A stretch of DNA of 64,000 bases, taken from NCBI GenBank assembly GCA_038322845.1, contig JBBQGH010000003.1, positions 2,130-66,129 on the forward strand, in the 5' to 3' direction. Position 1 is the first letter of the stretch, and every line of letters starts with the position of its first letter. This document shows, piece by piece, positions 1 to 10,760 of this stretch. A program made the position numbers and the translations under genes. Source of the stretch: Gammaproteobacteria bacterium. Its GTDB lineage: Bacteria > Pseudomonadota > Gammaproteobacteria > Burkholderiales > Rhodocyclaceae. The notes beneath the pieces are model-generated. The model saw nothing but the letters and a program-made list of their open reading frames with translations, searched no databases and was not told the DNA's origin.

Positions 1-707
1 CTGCCGAAAATTTCCAGATTGATTTGCGGAAAGGCCGAGAGTATCGGCGCAAGGATGTCGAACAACTGTGGAAACTGCTTGATCGGCGTGAGTCGCGAGA
101 CGATGCCCAGCGTGATGCCATCGCGCTTTGCATAGCGGCGCCGCGCCAGAAAGCGTCGATAGAGTGGCTGAAGGTAGCCGAGCAGGCGATCACGCAATTT
201 ACGCCGATCCCAGTCATAAACCGATTCGGCGACGATAGGCTGCGCGGTATCGGCGCGCGCAGCGTCGAGTTGCGCTACACCGTAGAGCGGCTCGACGTAG
301 GCCCCCGCAAAGGACGAGGCTCTCAGGCTGTCCAATACATAATTCGAGACGGCAAATACCAGGTCGTAGTATTCGAAACTCTTGGGGTCACGTCCGAACA
401 GTGGCATGTGCGCGATGCCGGAAAGAAAATGTGTGGGCCGTATCGTCAAACGCAGCGCTCGTGGCAATGTGCCATGGGTCAGCACCCAGCTTCGCTCGTT
501 CGGCAATGCCGCAAGTAAGGCTTGCGCCTCGACCGGCACAATGCGCGCACCGGCGAGGTCCATGTCCTGCCAAAATTTCGCCTTGGGCGAAACCAGTAAG
601 CTGACTGCGTAACCGAGCTCACGCAAGGCGCGAGTGAGAAACTGCGTGTACACCTCACCCCCACCGAAGTGCTCCTGAAAGTTGATCTGGTAGCAGTGTC
701 CGCGCAT
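1..707 (-). CDS. Glycosyltransferase (GT4-like), 3' end runs off the window start
   Basis: Translated by hand from ATG at 707: MRGHCYQINFQEHFGGGEVYTQFLTRAL...GIVSRLTPIKQFPQLF. The GGGE N-terminal motif and SRL..K motif are typical of GT-B/GT4 enzymes. The frame is open to position 3. Confidence 0.75.
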   Translation of the reverse strand, partial: MRGHCYQINFQEHFGGGEVYTQFLTRALRELGYAVSLLVSPKAKFWQDMDLAGARIVPVEAQALLAALPNERSWVLTHGTLPRALRLTIRPTHFLSGIAHMPLFGRDPKSFEYYDLVFAVSNYVLDSLRASSFAGAYVEPLYGVAQLDAARADTAQPIVAESVYDWDRRKLRDRLLGYLQPLYRRFLARRRYAKRDGITLGIVSRLTPIKQFPQLFDILAPILSAFPQINLEIFG

Positions 708-718
708 GCAGGCAGGCA

Positions 719-2017
719 CTAAACCGAAGCTGGAGCCGAATCAAGCGCAGAGGCCGTGGGCGCATGCATCCGACCGAGCAGTAGGCCTGCCGACGCCCAG
801 AACACCAGAGTCATCGGGTTTTCAAAAAAATCGTCCGTGAAGTTCTTGCCGAACAGCATCAGCACCAGCAGGAGACCTGCAAGTGCAACGCAACGCACTT
901 CCGCATCGCCGTCAGACCTGCGCTGCCAATACGCGCGTACCAACGTTGCAATCAGCCAGAAAAAAAGTGCCAGACCGACCATGCCTGTTTGCAACGCAAT
1001 ATCAATAACAAGGTTGTGGGCGTGCGTCAGCAAGGCCTCACCGACGCTGGCGATACGCGCCCGGCCTTCTGGCGTGTGCACTTGTTTGAGTTGCTTTTTG
1101 CCGTAGCCGTTTCCGCGCAGCGGCGACTCTGCCGCCTTATCGAGCCAATATCCCCAGGCCGTGAGACGAGGATCATCGACGAAACTTCTTTCGACCAGCA
1201 CCGTATCCGCTTCCACCGATGTACCGCTGCGCTCCTCCAGGGTATTGAGAAACAGCGCCCCTGCGATAGCTAAAAATACCATCAATGCGACTACGGAAAA
1301 AACTCGTTGGCGACTGGAATAATCGCGCCATGCCAGAACGACAGCGCCGCAAAATGCGATCATCATCACCAGCCAGAACATGCGATTCTTAGCCACGATG
1401 CCGACCGCCACGGCGGCAGCGACAAAGACCAGCACCCAGGCAAGTCTCGCCAACGATGGGCGGCCCAGCCAAACCAGACCTAGCGGCAGCAGAAAAGCCG
1501 CGTAGGTGCTGGCGACGCCGACGCCTGGGTAAAAGCGGAACAGACCTTGCCGCAACTCGTGCGTAACCTCTGCCCCCGGCGGCGCCATGAAGAACAACGC
1601 AACAGACAGCCCTGCAAGCAATAGCAACCCGACGGTCGCTGCCAACACCAGGCGTCGATAACGCGCTGGCGATTGGGCCAACAGCCACGCGCCATAGAAG
1701 ACGCCGGCACCCAGCACCCAATCACGGCCGGTCGCTTTTAAGGTGGCATACGGATCAATGGACCACATGGCCGAGAGCGCACACCAGCCTATCCACATCG
1801 CCATAGGCAAGAGCAACGGTAGCGCTCGCCACTGAAAGCGAGCTACGAACAATGTCGCCAGCATCACCACAATTGCCAGCACATCGCGCAATGCCCCAAC
1901 CTGTCCGAAAGGCACGACCAGATACAGCAGAATCAAGGCACCAAATAAAATACCCAATGGGATACCCAAGGTGGCCCCATCTGAGCGCGTGGCAACTCCT
2001 GGCAAGTTAGTGCGCAT
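719..2017 (-). CDS. O-antigen ligase / Wzy_C family membrane protein
   Basis: Multi-pass hydrophobic protein with a periplasmic loop RLTAW...GNGYG...THAHNLVIDIALQTGMVGL (H-N motif of WaaL-like ligases). Start set at ATG 2017, just after the asnB-like stop. Confidence 0.75.
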   Translation of the reverse strand: MRTNLPGVATRSDGATLGIPLGILFGALILLYLVVPFGQVGALRDVLAIVVMLATLFVARFQWRALPLLLPMAMWIGWCALSAMWSIDPYATLKATGRDWVLGAGVFYGAWLLAQSPARYRRLVLAATVGLLLLAGLSVALFFMAPPGAEVTHELRQGLFRFYPGVGVASTYAAFLLPLGLVWLGRPSLARLAWVLVFVAAAVAVGIVAKNRMFWLVMMIAFCGAVVLAWRDYSSRQRVFSVVALMVFLAIAGALFLNTLEERSGTSVEADTVLVERSFVDDPRLTAWGYWLDKAAESPLRGNGYGKKQLKQVHTPEGRARIASVGEALLTHAHNLVIDIALQTGMVGLALFFWLIATLVRAYWQRRSDGDAEVRCVALAGLLLVLMLFGKNFTDDFFENPMTLVFWASAGLLLGRMHAPTASALDSAPASV

Positions 2018-2022
2018 ATCCG

Positions 2023-3858
2023 CTATTCCGATATGCGGTTGCCATCGAGCCACATGAGCAGGACAACAAAGCTGTAGGCAAGGCGACGTGATGCACGACC
2101 TTGGCGTGCCGCATGCCAAAGCCGCGAAACAGCGGCCGCGTTCAGGAAGGGGGCGATCTGCACCGAGCGAGCGATGTAATCCTCGCAGACGACTCGCCAT
2201 TGGCCGTTGAAGTAATCTTGCAGCGGCACCGAGAAGCCGTGCTTGGGCCGGTTCCAGACGACTTCCGGCAAATACTTTTGTGCCAAACGGCGCAGTATCA
2301 TTTTGTCGCCCCCCTCGAAGTGCGCGCTTGCCGGCAGATCGAGTACTGCGTCCACCACGTCGTTGTCGAGAAAGGGCACTCTGACTTCCAATCCATGAAA
2401 CATACTCGCACGATCTGTTTTAACCAGGCAATTTTCACTCAGATAGGTCCACAAGTCGGCTCGCATCAGGCTGGCCGTATCCATCTGACCACCGAAGCCC
2501 GCAGCCAGATTCCGCCACAACTTCATCGTCTCCTCCGGTTGGCAGGCTTGCCAGGCGTGGTCGCTCAGATAGCGCTTCAAGCTCTTGCGCGACGCCTTCC
2601 ATGGGCCGGCCTCGACGCGACGATAGAGCATCATCTCCTTGCCGGACAAACTGCGGCGCAACAAAGCGCCCGGCAACAGGCCCAAATCAATCAGCCGACG
2701 CAAGGCGTTGCGCCACGCGCTGTCGGGATAATCGATTTCCTGCTCAAGAAAGCGGGCGTAGCCGCCGAACAATTCGTCGCCACCGTCACCGCTTAGCGCG
2801 ACCGTAACGTGGCTACGGGTCAGACGCGCCAATTCCGAGGTCATCACATAGGCCGGATCGGCCAATGGCTGGTCCAGTGCGCCGATGGTCGATACCAACG
2901 CGTCAGAACCTATGTCCGGCGCATCGATGATGTGATGGCGCGTGCCATATTGATCCGCCACAATCTTGGCGTAGGCCGTCTCGTCGAAGGCCGTCTGTTT
3001 GAAACGTACGCTAAAGGTCTCGATGGGATTAACGCCGGCGTGCGCCATGTAATGCACCATCAGGCTACTGTCTATGCCGCCGCTGAGGAAAGCGCCTAGC
3101 GGTACATCGGCGATCAATTGGCGTTTCATGCTGCGCTGGAGGACGTCGTCCATCTCCGCCAATATTTCCCGCGGATCCGGTTTGGCGCGTTTCGCCGCGG
3201 GAATCTCCCAGTAGCGCTCAATGGACAACGCGCCATCGTGGGCGTCGTAACGTAGATGAGATGCCGGCGGCAACTGACGCACATCGCGCAGCATACTGTG
3301 CGGCGCCAGCACGAACTGGCTGGCCAGATAGTCGCGCAGCGCTTCATAGTCGATGCGGCGCGGAAAACCGTCGAGATGGAAAAAAGGTTTCAGCGTTGAA
3401 GCGAGGGCCAAGCCATGAACCGTCGAATAAAACAAGGGCTTGATGCCCAGCCGGTCGCGCGCGGCGAAAACCTGTTGCGCCTGCGTGTCCCAGATGACGA
3501 AGGCGAACATGCCGTTCAAGCGCTGGACGACACTCTCACCCCATACACGATAGCCATGGAGGATGACTTCCGTATCCGATTGGGTGGTGAAGGCCACGCC
3601 TCGGCCGGCAAGCTCGGCATGCAATTCGCGGTAGTTGTAAATCTCACCATTGAAGACCACGGCATAGCGGCCATCCGCCGTCAGCATGGGCTGTTGGCCG
3701 CTGGCCAGATCGATGACGGAAAGACGGTGATGCGCAAGTAATGCGGCATTGTCGGACCAGGTGGTGCTGGCATCCGGTCCGCGGCTCTTGATGGAACCGA
3801 ACGCCGCTTGATAGCGGCTTTGCCACGGTGTGTTGATCAACGCCAGTAGGCCGCACAT
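2023..3858 (-). CDS. asnB: Asparagine synthase (glutamine-hydrolysing) family amidotransferase
   Basis: N-terminal MCG (Ntn Cys nucleophile), RGPD, HHRLSVID, FNGEIYNY, and SGGIDSS / SGDGGDELFGGY motifs. Confidence 0.9.
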   Translation of the reverse strand: MCGLLALINTPWQSRYQAAFGSIKSRGPDASTTWSDNAALLAHHRLSVIDLASGQQPMLTADGRYAVVFNGEIYNYRELHAELAGRGVAFTTQSDTEVILHGYRVWGESVVQRLNGMFAFVIWDTQAQQVFAARDRLGIKPLFYSTVHGLALASTLKPFFHLDGFPRRIDYEALRDYLASQFVLAPHSMLRDVRQLPPASHLRYDAHDGALSIERYWEIPAAKRAKPDPREILAEMDDVLQRSMKRQLIADVPLGAFLSGGIDSSLMVHYMAHAGVNPIETFSVRFKQTAFDETAYAKIVADQYGTRHHIIDAPDIGSDALVSTIGALDQPLADPAYVMTSELARLTRSHVTVALSGDGGDELFGGYARFLEQEIDYPDSAWRNALRRLIDLGLLPGALLRRSLSGKEMMLYRRVEAGPWKASRKSLKRYLSDHAWQACQPEETMKLWRNLAAGFGGQMDTASLMRADLWTYLSENCLVKTDRASMFHGLEVRVPFLDNDVVDAVLDLPASAHFEGGDKMILRRLAQKYLPEVVWNRPKHGFSVPLQDYFNGQWRVVCEDYIARSVQIAPFLNAAAVSRLWHAARQGRASRRLAYSFVVLLMWLDGNRISE

Positions 3859-3873
3859 AGTCCGCTCGCCCCG

Positions 3874-4974
3874 CTATGCCGGCTGCCGCCAACGCTGCGG
3901 CAAGGCCTCGTATTGATGCAACACGGTTTCTGCCGCGAACTTGGCGAAGGTCTGCTCGCTCAAATCGGGTTTGGTGTCGAGCGCTGCCTGCATCGCCCGC
4001 GCAAGCGCGGCGGGATCACCGCAAGGCACCAAGAAGCGCCGCAGCGCGCCTTCGAGAATCTCACGCGGGCCGGACGGGCAATCCGTGCTGACGACGGAGG
4101 TGCCGCAGATCAAGGATTCGATCAGCACGTTAGGCAGTCCCTCATGATCGGAACAAAGTACCAGCAAAGCGGCATGACGCATCCACGGGTAAGGATTCTG
4201 GCGAAATCCTGCCACAATAGTTCTCTCCTTGATGCCGGCAGCGGTCAGCATGTCATCCAGGGCCGCATTGGGATGGGTCAGCAACACCAGCTTGAAGGAA
4301 GGCGGCAGCGTCTTGAATGCCGCAAACAATAAATCATGTCGCTTCTGCCGAACAAAGCGGCCGACATGTAGAACATAGGCTTGCTGCGGAATCTTCGCGT
4401 CGTGCGCTTCGGCCAGGCGGCGTATGCCGGCCATATCGTAGAGATTGTAGATGCGCACAATGTTGGCGCGCGGTAGTTGCAGCTGCTCGCGTAAGTCCTC
4501 CGCCACACCTTCAGAAACGGCGATGAGGTTGCGACCCTCATAAAGCTCGCGATAGCGCGCCAGTCGGCGCGCCGCCTTGCGGGGATTCTGCTGCTGCAAG
4601 GCAGCGACCTCGGCCGAGAGCGTGTTGGCGATGCGATGCCACACACGTGGCAGCCTTGCCAGCGCTACGACTTCATCGGCGAAGGGCAAGGTTGCCACTG
4701 TCATGTCGAACGACGCATCGCGCTCAAGTCCGCGATACAGGCGCGCAAGCCGCCAGGCGGCGAGCCGCTTCCCCAAATATCCTTTCGACACGGATTTGCC
4801 TGGGCGCGACAAAGCATGCACCTGAAACGACCCATCGATGGGATGTTCGATCAAGTTCTCCAGCAGCAATAAGTGCACCTCGTGCCCGCGCGCGGACAAT
4901 GCGGAAGCGAGCTTGACCACCGCTTTCTCGGCGCCGCCGCCACGCAGATTGGTGGTGACAAAAGCGAGCTTCAC
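3874..4974 (-). CDS. Glycosyltransferase family 4
   Basis: GGGAEK N-terminus; EGLPNVLIESLICG (EX7E) motif. Confidence 0.88.
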   Translation of the reverse strand: MKLAFVTTNLRGGGAEKAVVKLASALSARGHEVHLLLLENLIEHPIDGSFQVHALSRPGKSVSKGYLGKRLAAWRLARLYRGLERDASFDMTVATLPFADEVVALARLPRVWHRIANTLSAEVAALQQQNPRKAARRLARYRELYEGRNLIAVSEGVAEDLREQLQLPRANIVRIYNLYDMAGIRRLAEAHDAKIPQQAYVLHVGRFVRQKRHDLLFAAFKTLPPSFKLVLLTHPNAALDDMLTAAGIKERTIVAGFRQNPYPWMRHAALLVLCSDHEGLPNVLIESLICGTSVVSTDCPSGPREILEGALRRFLVPCGDPAALARAMQAALDTKPDLSEQTFAKFAAETVLHQYEALPQRWRQPA

Positions 4975-6011
4975 GCGCTCGTGCTCTTCTTCTGTCCACC
5001 GGACGTCTGCCGCGGAGAATGCTCGGTCAACGCCAAGACGACTTTTCCCCAGACGCTATCGACGCTGATTTCCGCCATGGGGACTTCGGGCGAACAATCC
5101 TGCCCGGTGCGGGGATGATCGACAACATAAAGTGCTGGATGATCGAGTGGGCCTATCAAGCGACTGGGCGAAAAGCCGTGATACAGCCCGACCAGGGGAA
5201 CGTCGAGCGTGCTCATGAGATGAGTCGGACCGGTATCGACGCCGACGTAAAGATCGGTTTCGCTCATCAGAGCGACTGTTTGCCGCAACGATAGCTTGCC
5301 CGCATACAGCGTGGCGCTGCCGCCGAGGTGCGTCTTGAGCGCGGCGGTGCGCTCGCGTTCTTCGTTGCCGCCGAAGATGAGGAAGTGCGCCTGCGGCCAG
5401 CGGTGGCGGATACGCTCGCACAGGGCCATGAAATGCGCGATCGGCCAATCGCGATAGCCCTTAGTGGGAAAACTCGCTACTTGCAGGCCCACGCGTGGCG
5501 AGGCGCCGGCGGGCAGATCGCGCGCCAAAGTATCGGCGGCCCAGCTGCGTTCTTCTGCACTCACCGCGTACGCAAGACGCAATCCGGCCGGCGGGATATC
5601 CAGCGCGGCGGGCAGGCGAAGTAGCTGCAGCACCGAATGCTCGCTCTGGAAGGCGGCCGGCTCGACGACACGGAAGAGGCGCGCATTGAGTGCCGAGTCG
5701 GATTGCCGGAAAGCAACCACCTGCTTGGCTACCCGCAGTGCATAACTGATAAGCGGCTCGTCAAAGCCATAAACCAGCGCGGTGTCGTAGCGCTTGCCGC
5801 CTATCCAGCCTCGATAGCGCGCGCTGTTTTTGGTGATGCTACCCACCCGACGCACGAAGGATAGATTCAACAAAACCTCAGCGCGGTTGGGATGAGCCAG
5901 ACAATCGATGACGCAGCCCGGATGGGCGGTGGCTATAGCGCGGATGGCCGGTGTGGCCAATAGGGTATCGCCGATGCGCGATACGTTGATAACCAGGAAG
6001 CGCTCACCCAT
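4971..6011 (-). CDS. Glycosyltransferase family 9 (heptosyltransferase-like)
   Basis: RIGDTLLATP and VGVDTGPTHL motifs. Confidence 0.88.
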   Translation of the reverse strand: MGERFLVINVSRIGDTLLATPAIRAIATAHPGCVIDCLAHPNRAEVLLNLSFVRRVGSITKNSARYRGWIGGKRYDTALVYGFDEPLISYALRVAKQVVAFRQSDSALNARLFRVVEPAAFQSEHSVLQLLRLPAALDIPPAGLRLAYAVSAEERSWAADTLARDLPAGASPRVGLQVASFPTKGYRDWPIAHFMALCERIRHRWPQAHFLIFGGNEERERTAALKTHLGGSATLYAGKLSLRQTVALMSETDLYVGVDTGPTHLMSTLDVPLVGLYHGFSPSRLIGPLDHPALYVVDHPRTGQDCSPEVPMAEISVDSVWGKVVLALTEHSPRQTSGGQKKSTSA

Positions 6012-6732
6012 GGTTCTCACGACGGAAGATGTAGTTGCGGCCTTCCGTGTGGATCAGCCGGAAGCCGCATCCAGCAAGCCGGTCCGCCGCCGCTTTGGTT
6101 TCTTCGAGACTGTGATGCGTGACGCCATGATGGAACTCGATGAGCACCTGCCGGGCGAGACGGATATCGCCGCTGTCGCATAGCTGTGCCAACACTGCAT
6201 ACTCCGCGCCTTCGACATCGACTTTCAGAACGTCGCATTCCTGTCGCCCCGCGCGGGTAAGCGCCGCGCGCAAATCGACGGTTTCTACCGATAGAGATTC
6301 GCCACCCTCTACATATTCATGCGTACCCACCAGACTACCGGAGACGCCATCCGCGCCCTTTGGCAAATCCTGCTGCGCCCGCGGCAAATGAAACACCAAG
6401 GTTTCACCGGCTTTGCTCCAGAAGGCGCGCTCAAGTACTTCCATGCCGGCCAGTGGATGCGCGCGGCAGTAGGCCAGACTGCGCGGATTCGGCTCTATAC
6501 CCAGCACGCGAGCGCCGGGAAAACGCTGTAGGAAAGCCGCCGGAAAACTAATGTCTTCGCCCAACCCGGCATCGATGAGCAGCGGCTGCGCCCCGACCAG
6601 ACGAGTATCCACCCACCACCCGCCGTAACGCGTACCCAGGCGTGAGTAACCGCGCGGCAGCCACCATTCGCGCCAGCGGCGGCTCAGGCTGCGTTTGGTG
6701 CGCTCCCAATTCTTGCGCGGGCCGCCGATCAT
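6004..6732 (-). CDS. FkbM family methyltransferase
   Basis: DAGLGEDISF SAM-binding region, LKVDVEGAE and QVLIEFHH motifs. Confidence 0.82.
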   Translation of the reverse strand: MIGGPRKNWERTKRSLSRRWREWWLPRGYSRLGTRYGGWWVDTRLVGAQPLLIDAGLGEDISFPAAFLQRFPGARVLGIEPNPRSLAYCRAHPLAGMEVLERAFWSKAGETLVFHLPRAQQDLPKGADGVSGSLVGTHEYVEGGESLSVETVDLRAALTRAGRQECDVLKVDVEGAEYAVLAQLCDSGDIRLARQVLIEFHHGVTHHSLEETKAAADRLAGCGFRLIHTEGRNYIFRRENHG

Positions 6733-7826
6733 CGCCGGGCTGTCTCCGTCAGCTGCTTGAAAACGCGTTCCATGCGATCAAGCATGTCGTCTATGGAAAA
6801 CCGTGCCAAGGCTCGCGTACGTGCCGCGACACCGAGACGCTTGCCCAATGCATCGTCACGCATCAATCGCTCGATTGCAATGCCCAGCATCTTGACATCC
6901 TGCGGTGGTGCCACCAGCGCAGTATCGCCATCGCTAACCGCTTCAAGGATTGACCCGATCGGCGTGGTGACGATGGGCAATTCCATCAGCATGGCCTGAA
7001 GGATAGCTTGCGGCACACCCTCATTGGCATAGGACGGCAAACAGAAAATATCCAGGGCTTGCAGCCACACTTCGGCATTTTCCTGCTGGCCGACCATGCG
7101 CACGCGATGGACCAGCTTCAACTCGACGATCATCGCCTCGATGAATTCGCGACGCGGCCCGTCGCCGACTATGAGCAGTTCCCAGTCCGGCGCATCCAGG
7201 CTGGCGTAGGCTTCGAGCAAGTGATGATGGCCTTTCCAGCTGCGCAGTGTGGCGACGATGCCGATGTAGTGCTTGGACTCGTCCAGGCCCAGGCTGCGTC
7301 TGGCGGCGAGTTTGTCACCGGGCACGAAGCGGGCGGTATCGATGCCGGTGGGCACCGAGGTAATTTGCTGCGCCGGGTAGCCGTTGTCGCGTATGAGTTG
7401 CTCGCGCAGCTTCTCGCCGGTGGTGACGATATGGCGGGTAGCGCGGGTGTATAGCCAGCGCGTGGCGAGGTTGTTGGGAATGGGCGCCGAGATGTGGCGA
7501 GTGCGCACGATGGGCGGCGCGTGACTGCTGGTCGCGCAGGCCAGCGCAGACAGCCAGCTATCCGTGGAACTATGCGTGTTGATGACGTCCACCGGGTGTT
7601 GGCCCAGCCAGCGTCGCATGGACTGCACACCGCGCAGCGATTTGCGCGCGATGGGCAGGGCTTCAACTTTAAGACCACGTTTGGGCGCCTCCGCAAAAAT
7701 GCGCGCTTCCTCCGGACACAACAGGGTGACCTCATGCCCGCGCGCCACCATGCCGGCGGCCTCCGTGAGGATGCGAATTTCCTGGCCACCCCAGCCACAG
7801 GAGGCTTCGGTGTGCACGATATGCAT
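6729..7826 (-). CDS. Glycosyltransferase family 4
   Basis: GWGGQE N-terminus; WKGH and EGVPQAILQAM motifs. Confidence 0.88.
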   Translation of the reverse strand: MHIVHTEASCGWGGQEIRILTEAAGMVARGHEVTLLCPEEARIFAEAPKRGLKVEALPIARKSLRGVQSMRRWLGQHPVDVINTHSSTDSWLSALACATSSHAPPIVRTRHISAPIPNNLATRWLYTRATRHIVTTGEKLREQLIRDNGYPAQQITSVPTGIDTARFVPGDKLAARRSLGLDESKHYIGIVATLRSWKGHHHLLEAYASLDAPDWELLIVGDGPRREFIEAMIVELKLVHRVRMVGQQENAEVWLQALDIFCLPSYANEGVPQAILQAMLMELPIVTTPIGSILEAVSDGDTALVAPPQDVKMLGIAIERLMRDDALGKRLGVAARTRALARFSIDDMLDRMERVFKQLTETARR

Positions 7827-9577
7827 TAGGCGGCGTCCAGCACCAGAGCCGACTGATAGAGCCGAGCATAGATGCGGTTCAAAGCCAGCAGTTCGACGTG
7901 CGTGCCCATCTCGGCAATGACACCCTTATCGAGCACCACAATACGGTCGGCGTTTTCTATGGTCGACAAACGATGTGCGATGACCAAGGTCGTGCGGTTT
8001 TTCATCAACTCATCCAGCGCTGCCTGTACCTGGCGTTCAGATTCCGTATCCAGCGCCGAAGTGGCTTCATCAAGAATGAGGATGGGCGCATCCTTCAGCA
8101 GGGCGCGCGCAATGGCCAGGCGCTGGCGTTGCCCGCCGGAAAGCTTGACGCCGTTTTCGCCTATGGGTGTGTCGAAAGCCTTCGGCATGGCGAGTATGAA
8201 ATCGAGTGCATGTGCCGCCTTGGCCGCCGCCTCTATCCTTTCGCGACTCGCGCCGGCCATGCTCCCGTAGGCGATATTCGCTGCAACGCTGTCGTTGAAC
8301 AACACCACGTCCTGACTCACTAACGCCACGTTGGCGCGTAGGCTAAGCAGGCTCAGCGTTTCGATGTCATAGTCGTCGATCAATATGCGGCCCGAGGTCA
8401 CGCTGTAGAGGCGCGGCAACAGATTCGCCAGCGTCGTCTTGCCGCCGCCGGATTGGCCCACTAGCGCAATGCGCTCGCCGGGCTGAATGCGCAGCGAAAT
8501 ATCATGCAGCGCGTCGCGTTCCGCTTCGGGGTAGCGGTAGCTAATATGCTTCAACTCAATAGCGCCCTGCGCGCGGCCTAGCGTGATCTTGCCTTCGTCT
8601 CGCTCTGGCGTCTCATCCACCAACTCAAAGACACTCTCCGCAGCAGCAAGGCCGCGTTGCAGCGGCGCGTTGATATCGGTCAGCCGCTTAACCGGCGCCA
8701 GCAACATCAGCATGGCAGTGATGAAGGAAACGAAATCCCCCACGGTGGCGCGGCCTTCGGCCATTTGCTTCAAGGCGACAGAAATCACCACGGCCAGCGC
8801 GATGGCCACGACCACTTGGACGATGGGTCCCTGCCCCGCCGCCGCCACAGTCTGGCGCATGTTGTAACCGCGCTGCACGGCGTTGGCATGAGCGAAGCGG
8901 TTGCTCTCATAACGCTGCCCGCCGAAAATTTTCACCACCTTGTGCGCTTCGATACTTTCTTGCAGGACGCGCGTGATCTCGCCCATGGACCGCTGCGCGC
9001 CACGACTCATGGCGCGCAGTCGGCCGCCAAAAAGCTTCACGGCGCCGGCGATAGGCGGCACGATGGCGATGGCGACCAGCGTGAGTTGCCAATTCAAATA
9101 AAGCAGCCAGCCCAGCAGACCGACCACGGCAATGCTGTCGCGCACCGCCACGGTAATAACGCTCACCGCCGCGCCGGTGACGTTAGTAACATCGTAAGCC
9201 ACCTTGGACATCAGCGCGCCGGAGGATTGATTATCGAAATAGCGTGTCGGCAAGCTCACCATGCGTGCGAACATGGCGTTGCGCAGATCGGGGATCACCT
9301 TGTTGGCAACCCAGGCTAGGCAATAGTCGGCGAGAAAACCGAACATGCCCCGTAGCAGAAAAATCCCGACGATGGCGAGCGGATAGGTGATGTAATCGGC
9401 GTTGCCACTGCTGCCGTGACCGTCGAGCAGGGGCTTCATCAAAGCTGGTAGCAGTGGCTCCGTCGAGGCGGTTGCCGCCATGCCCAGCACGCCTAACAGA
9501 AACACCTTCCAATAAGGGCGCACGTATCCCAGCAATCGGAAATACAGAACGCGGCTGGAAAGTTGCTGTTTGGGCAT
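7826..9577 (-). CDS. msbA: Lipid A export ABC transporter permease/ATPase MsbA
   Basis: TM domain plus Walker A GQSGGGKT, LSGGQRQRLAIARALLK and DEATSALD. Confidence 0.92.
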   Translation of the reverse strand: MPKQQLSSRVLYFRLLGYVRPYWKVFLLGVLGMAATASTEPLLPALMKPLLDGHGSSGNADYITYPLAIVGIFLLRGMFGFLADYCLAWVANKVIPDLRNAMFARMVSLPTRYFDNQSSGALMSKVAYDVTNVTGAAVSVITVAVRDSIAVVGLLGWLLYLNWQLTLVAIAIVPPIAGAVKLFGGRLRAMSRGAQRSMGEITRVLQESIEAHKVVKIFGGQRYESNRFAHANAVQRGYNMRQTVAAAGQGPIVQVVVAIALAVVISVALKQMAEGRATVGDFVSFITAMLMLLAPVKRLTDINAPLQRGLAAAESVFELVDETPERDEGKITLGRAQGAIELKHISYRYPEAERDALHDISLRIQPGERIALVGQSGGGKTTLANLLPRLYSVTSGRILIDDYDIETLSLLSLRANVALVSQDVVLFNDSVAANIAYGSMAGASRERIEAAAKAAHALDFILAMPKAFDTPIGENGVKLSGGQRQRLAIARALLKDAPILILDEATSALDTESERQVQAALDELMKNRTTLVIAHRLSTIENADRIVVLDKGVIAEMGTHVELLALNRIYARLYQSALVLDAA

Positions 9578-9610
9578 GGATTGCCGGCGGGCGAAAATGC
9601 AAACGGCGAA

Positions 9611-10753
9611 TTATAACGGACGCGTGGTACTGGGCATGAGCGACTGGTAAAGCGCGACGAGCCGCGCCGCCATAGCATCGACGCCGAGATGCGCAACGCT
9701 GGCGCGCGAGGCGTCGCGCATCGCCCTGGCCACACCCGGCACGGCCAGGGCATCGAGACGATCCGCCAGCTGCGCGTTGTCGCGTGCTTCGCAGACGTAA
9801 CCGTTCTCGCCGGCGCGGATCAGCTCTGCCGCGCCGCAGGCGGTGGAGGTGATAACCGGCAGGCCGCAGGCCAGCGCTTCCAGCGCTGCATTGGGAAAAG
9901 GGTCGTAGAGCGTCGGCAACACAAAAGTATCGGCCGCGCCGTAAAAGGGCTGCACATCTTGCTGACCACCGAGGAAGCGCACGCGATTTTTCACGCCCAG
10001 CGCAGCGGCATCGCGCTCCATGCGTTTGCGCTGCTTATCGTGGCCGACGACAAGCAATTGCGCATCGCGCGCGCGCATCAACGCGAAAGCGCGCAACAAC
10101 TGTGGTACGCCCTTGCGCTCGAAGCCGGAGCCGACGAAGAGAAACAGCGGCGTGGCATCGGCAAAGCCTAGTTCGGCGCGGCTACGGCTGCGATGCTCCT
10201 CGCGCAAACGCGGATGAAATGCCGTCAGATCGACGCCGTTGTAGATGACATGCAACTTGGCCTCCGCCACGGCAAAGCGCCGCGCGATGTCGTCGCGCAC
10301 CATCTGCGAATTGCAGATCACGGCTTTCAGGCGCGCGTCGCGGAACATCGCCGCTTCGGTTCTCAGCACATAGCGATGCCACAGATTGATTCGCTCGAGC
10401 AGCCTCGCCAGCGGCCCCCGAAATTGCGCTCTCAATTCGAGCCAAGTTGCATGCACACCGTCACCCGCGCGATAGATATCGCAGCCGGGAATACGCTCGT
10501 GGCTTTGCAGCAAATCGAATTTGTCCTCAGCGATAACCGCCTGCACAGCGCGCGCGAAGCTGACATCGCGCCACAAGCGGCCCACATAAGCGGGATTGCA
10601 AATCAACACCGCCTGCTCGGCCGGGCCTTGCCAACTGCGCGTGACGAGCGTGGTCGCAACACCTTGCGTTGCCAGCGCGGCCAGCGCGCGTTCAACGAAG
10701 CGCTCCGCGCCACCGTAGGGGTTGTATTTCTGCCGAACCAGCGCAAGCTTCAT
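9611..10753 (-). CDS. waaG: LPS core glucosyltransferase (RfaG/WaaG-like GT4)
   Basis: MKLALVRQKYNPYGGAERF, GSGFERKG, YDPFPNAALEALACG. Confidence 0.8.
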   Translation of the reverse strand: MKLALVRQKYNPYGGAERFVERALAALATQGVATTLVTRSWQGPAEQAVLICNPAYVGRLWRDVSFARAVQAVIAEDKFDLLQSHERIPGCDIYRAGDGVHATWLELRAQFRGPLARLLERINLWHRYVLRTEAAMFRDARLKAVICNSQMVRDDIARRFAVAEAKLHVIYNGVDLTAFHPRLREEHRSRSRAELGFADATPLFLFVGSGFERKGVPQLLRAFALMRARDAQLLVVGHDKQRKRMERDAAALGVKNRVRFLGGQQDVQPFYGAADTFVLPTLYDPFPNAALEALACGLPVITSTACGAAELIRAGENGYVCEARDNAQLADRLDALAVPGVARAMRDASRASVAHLGVDAMAARLVALYQSLMPSTTRPL

Positions 10754-10760
10754 GCAGGGA

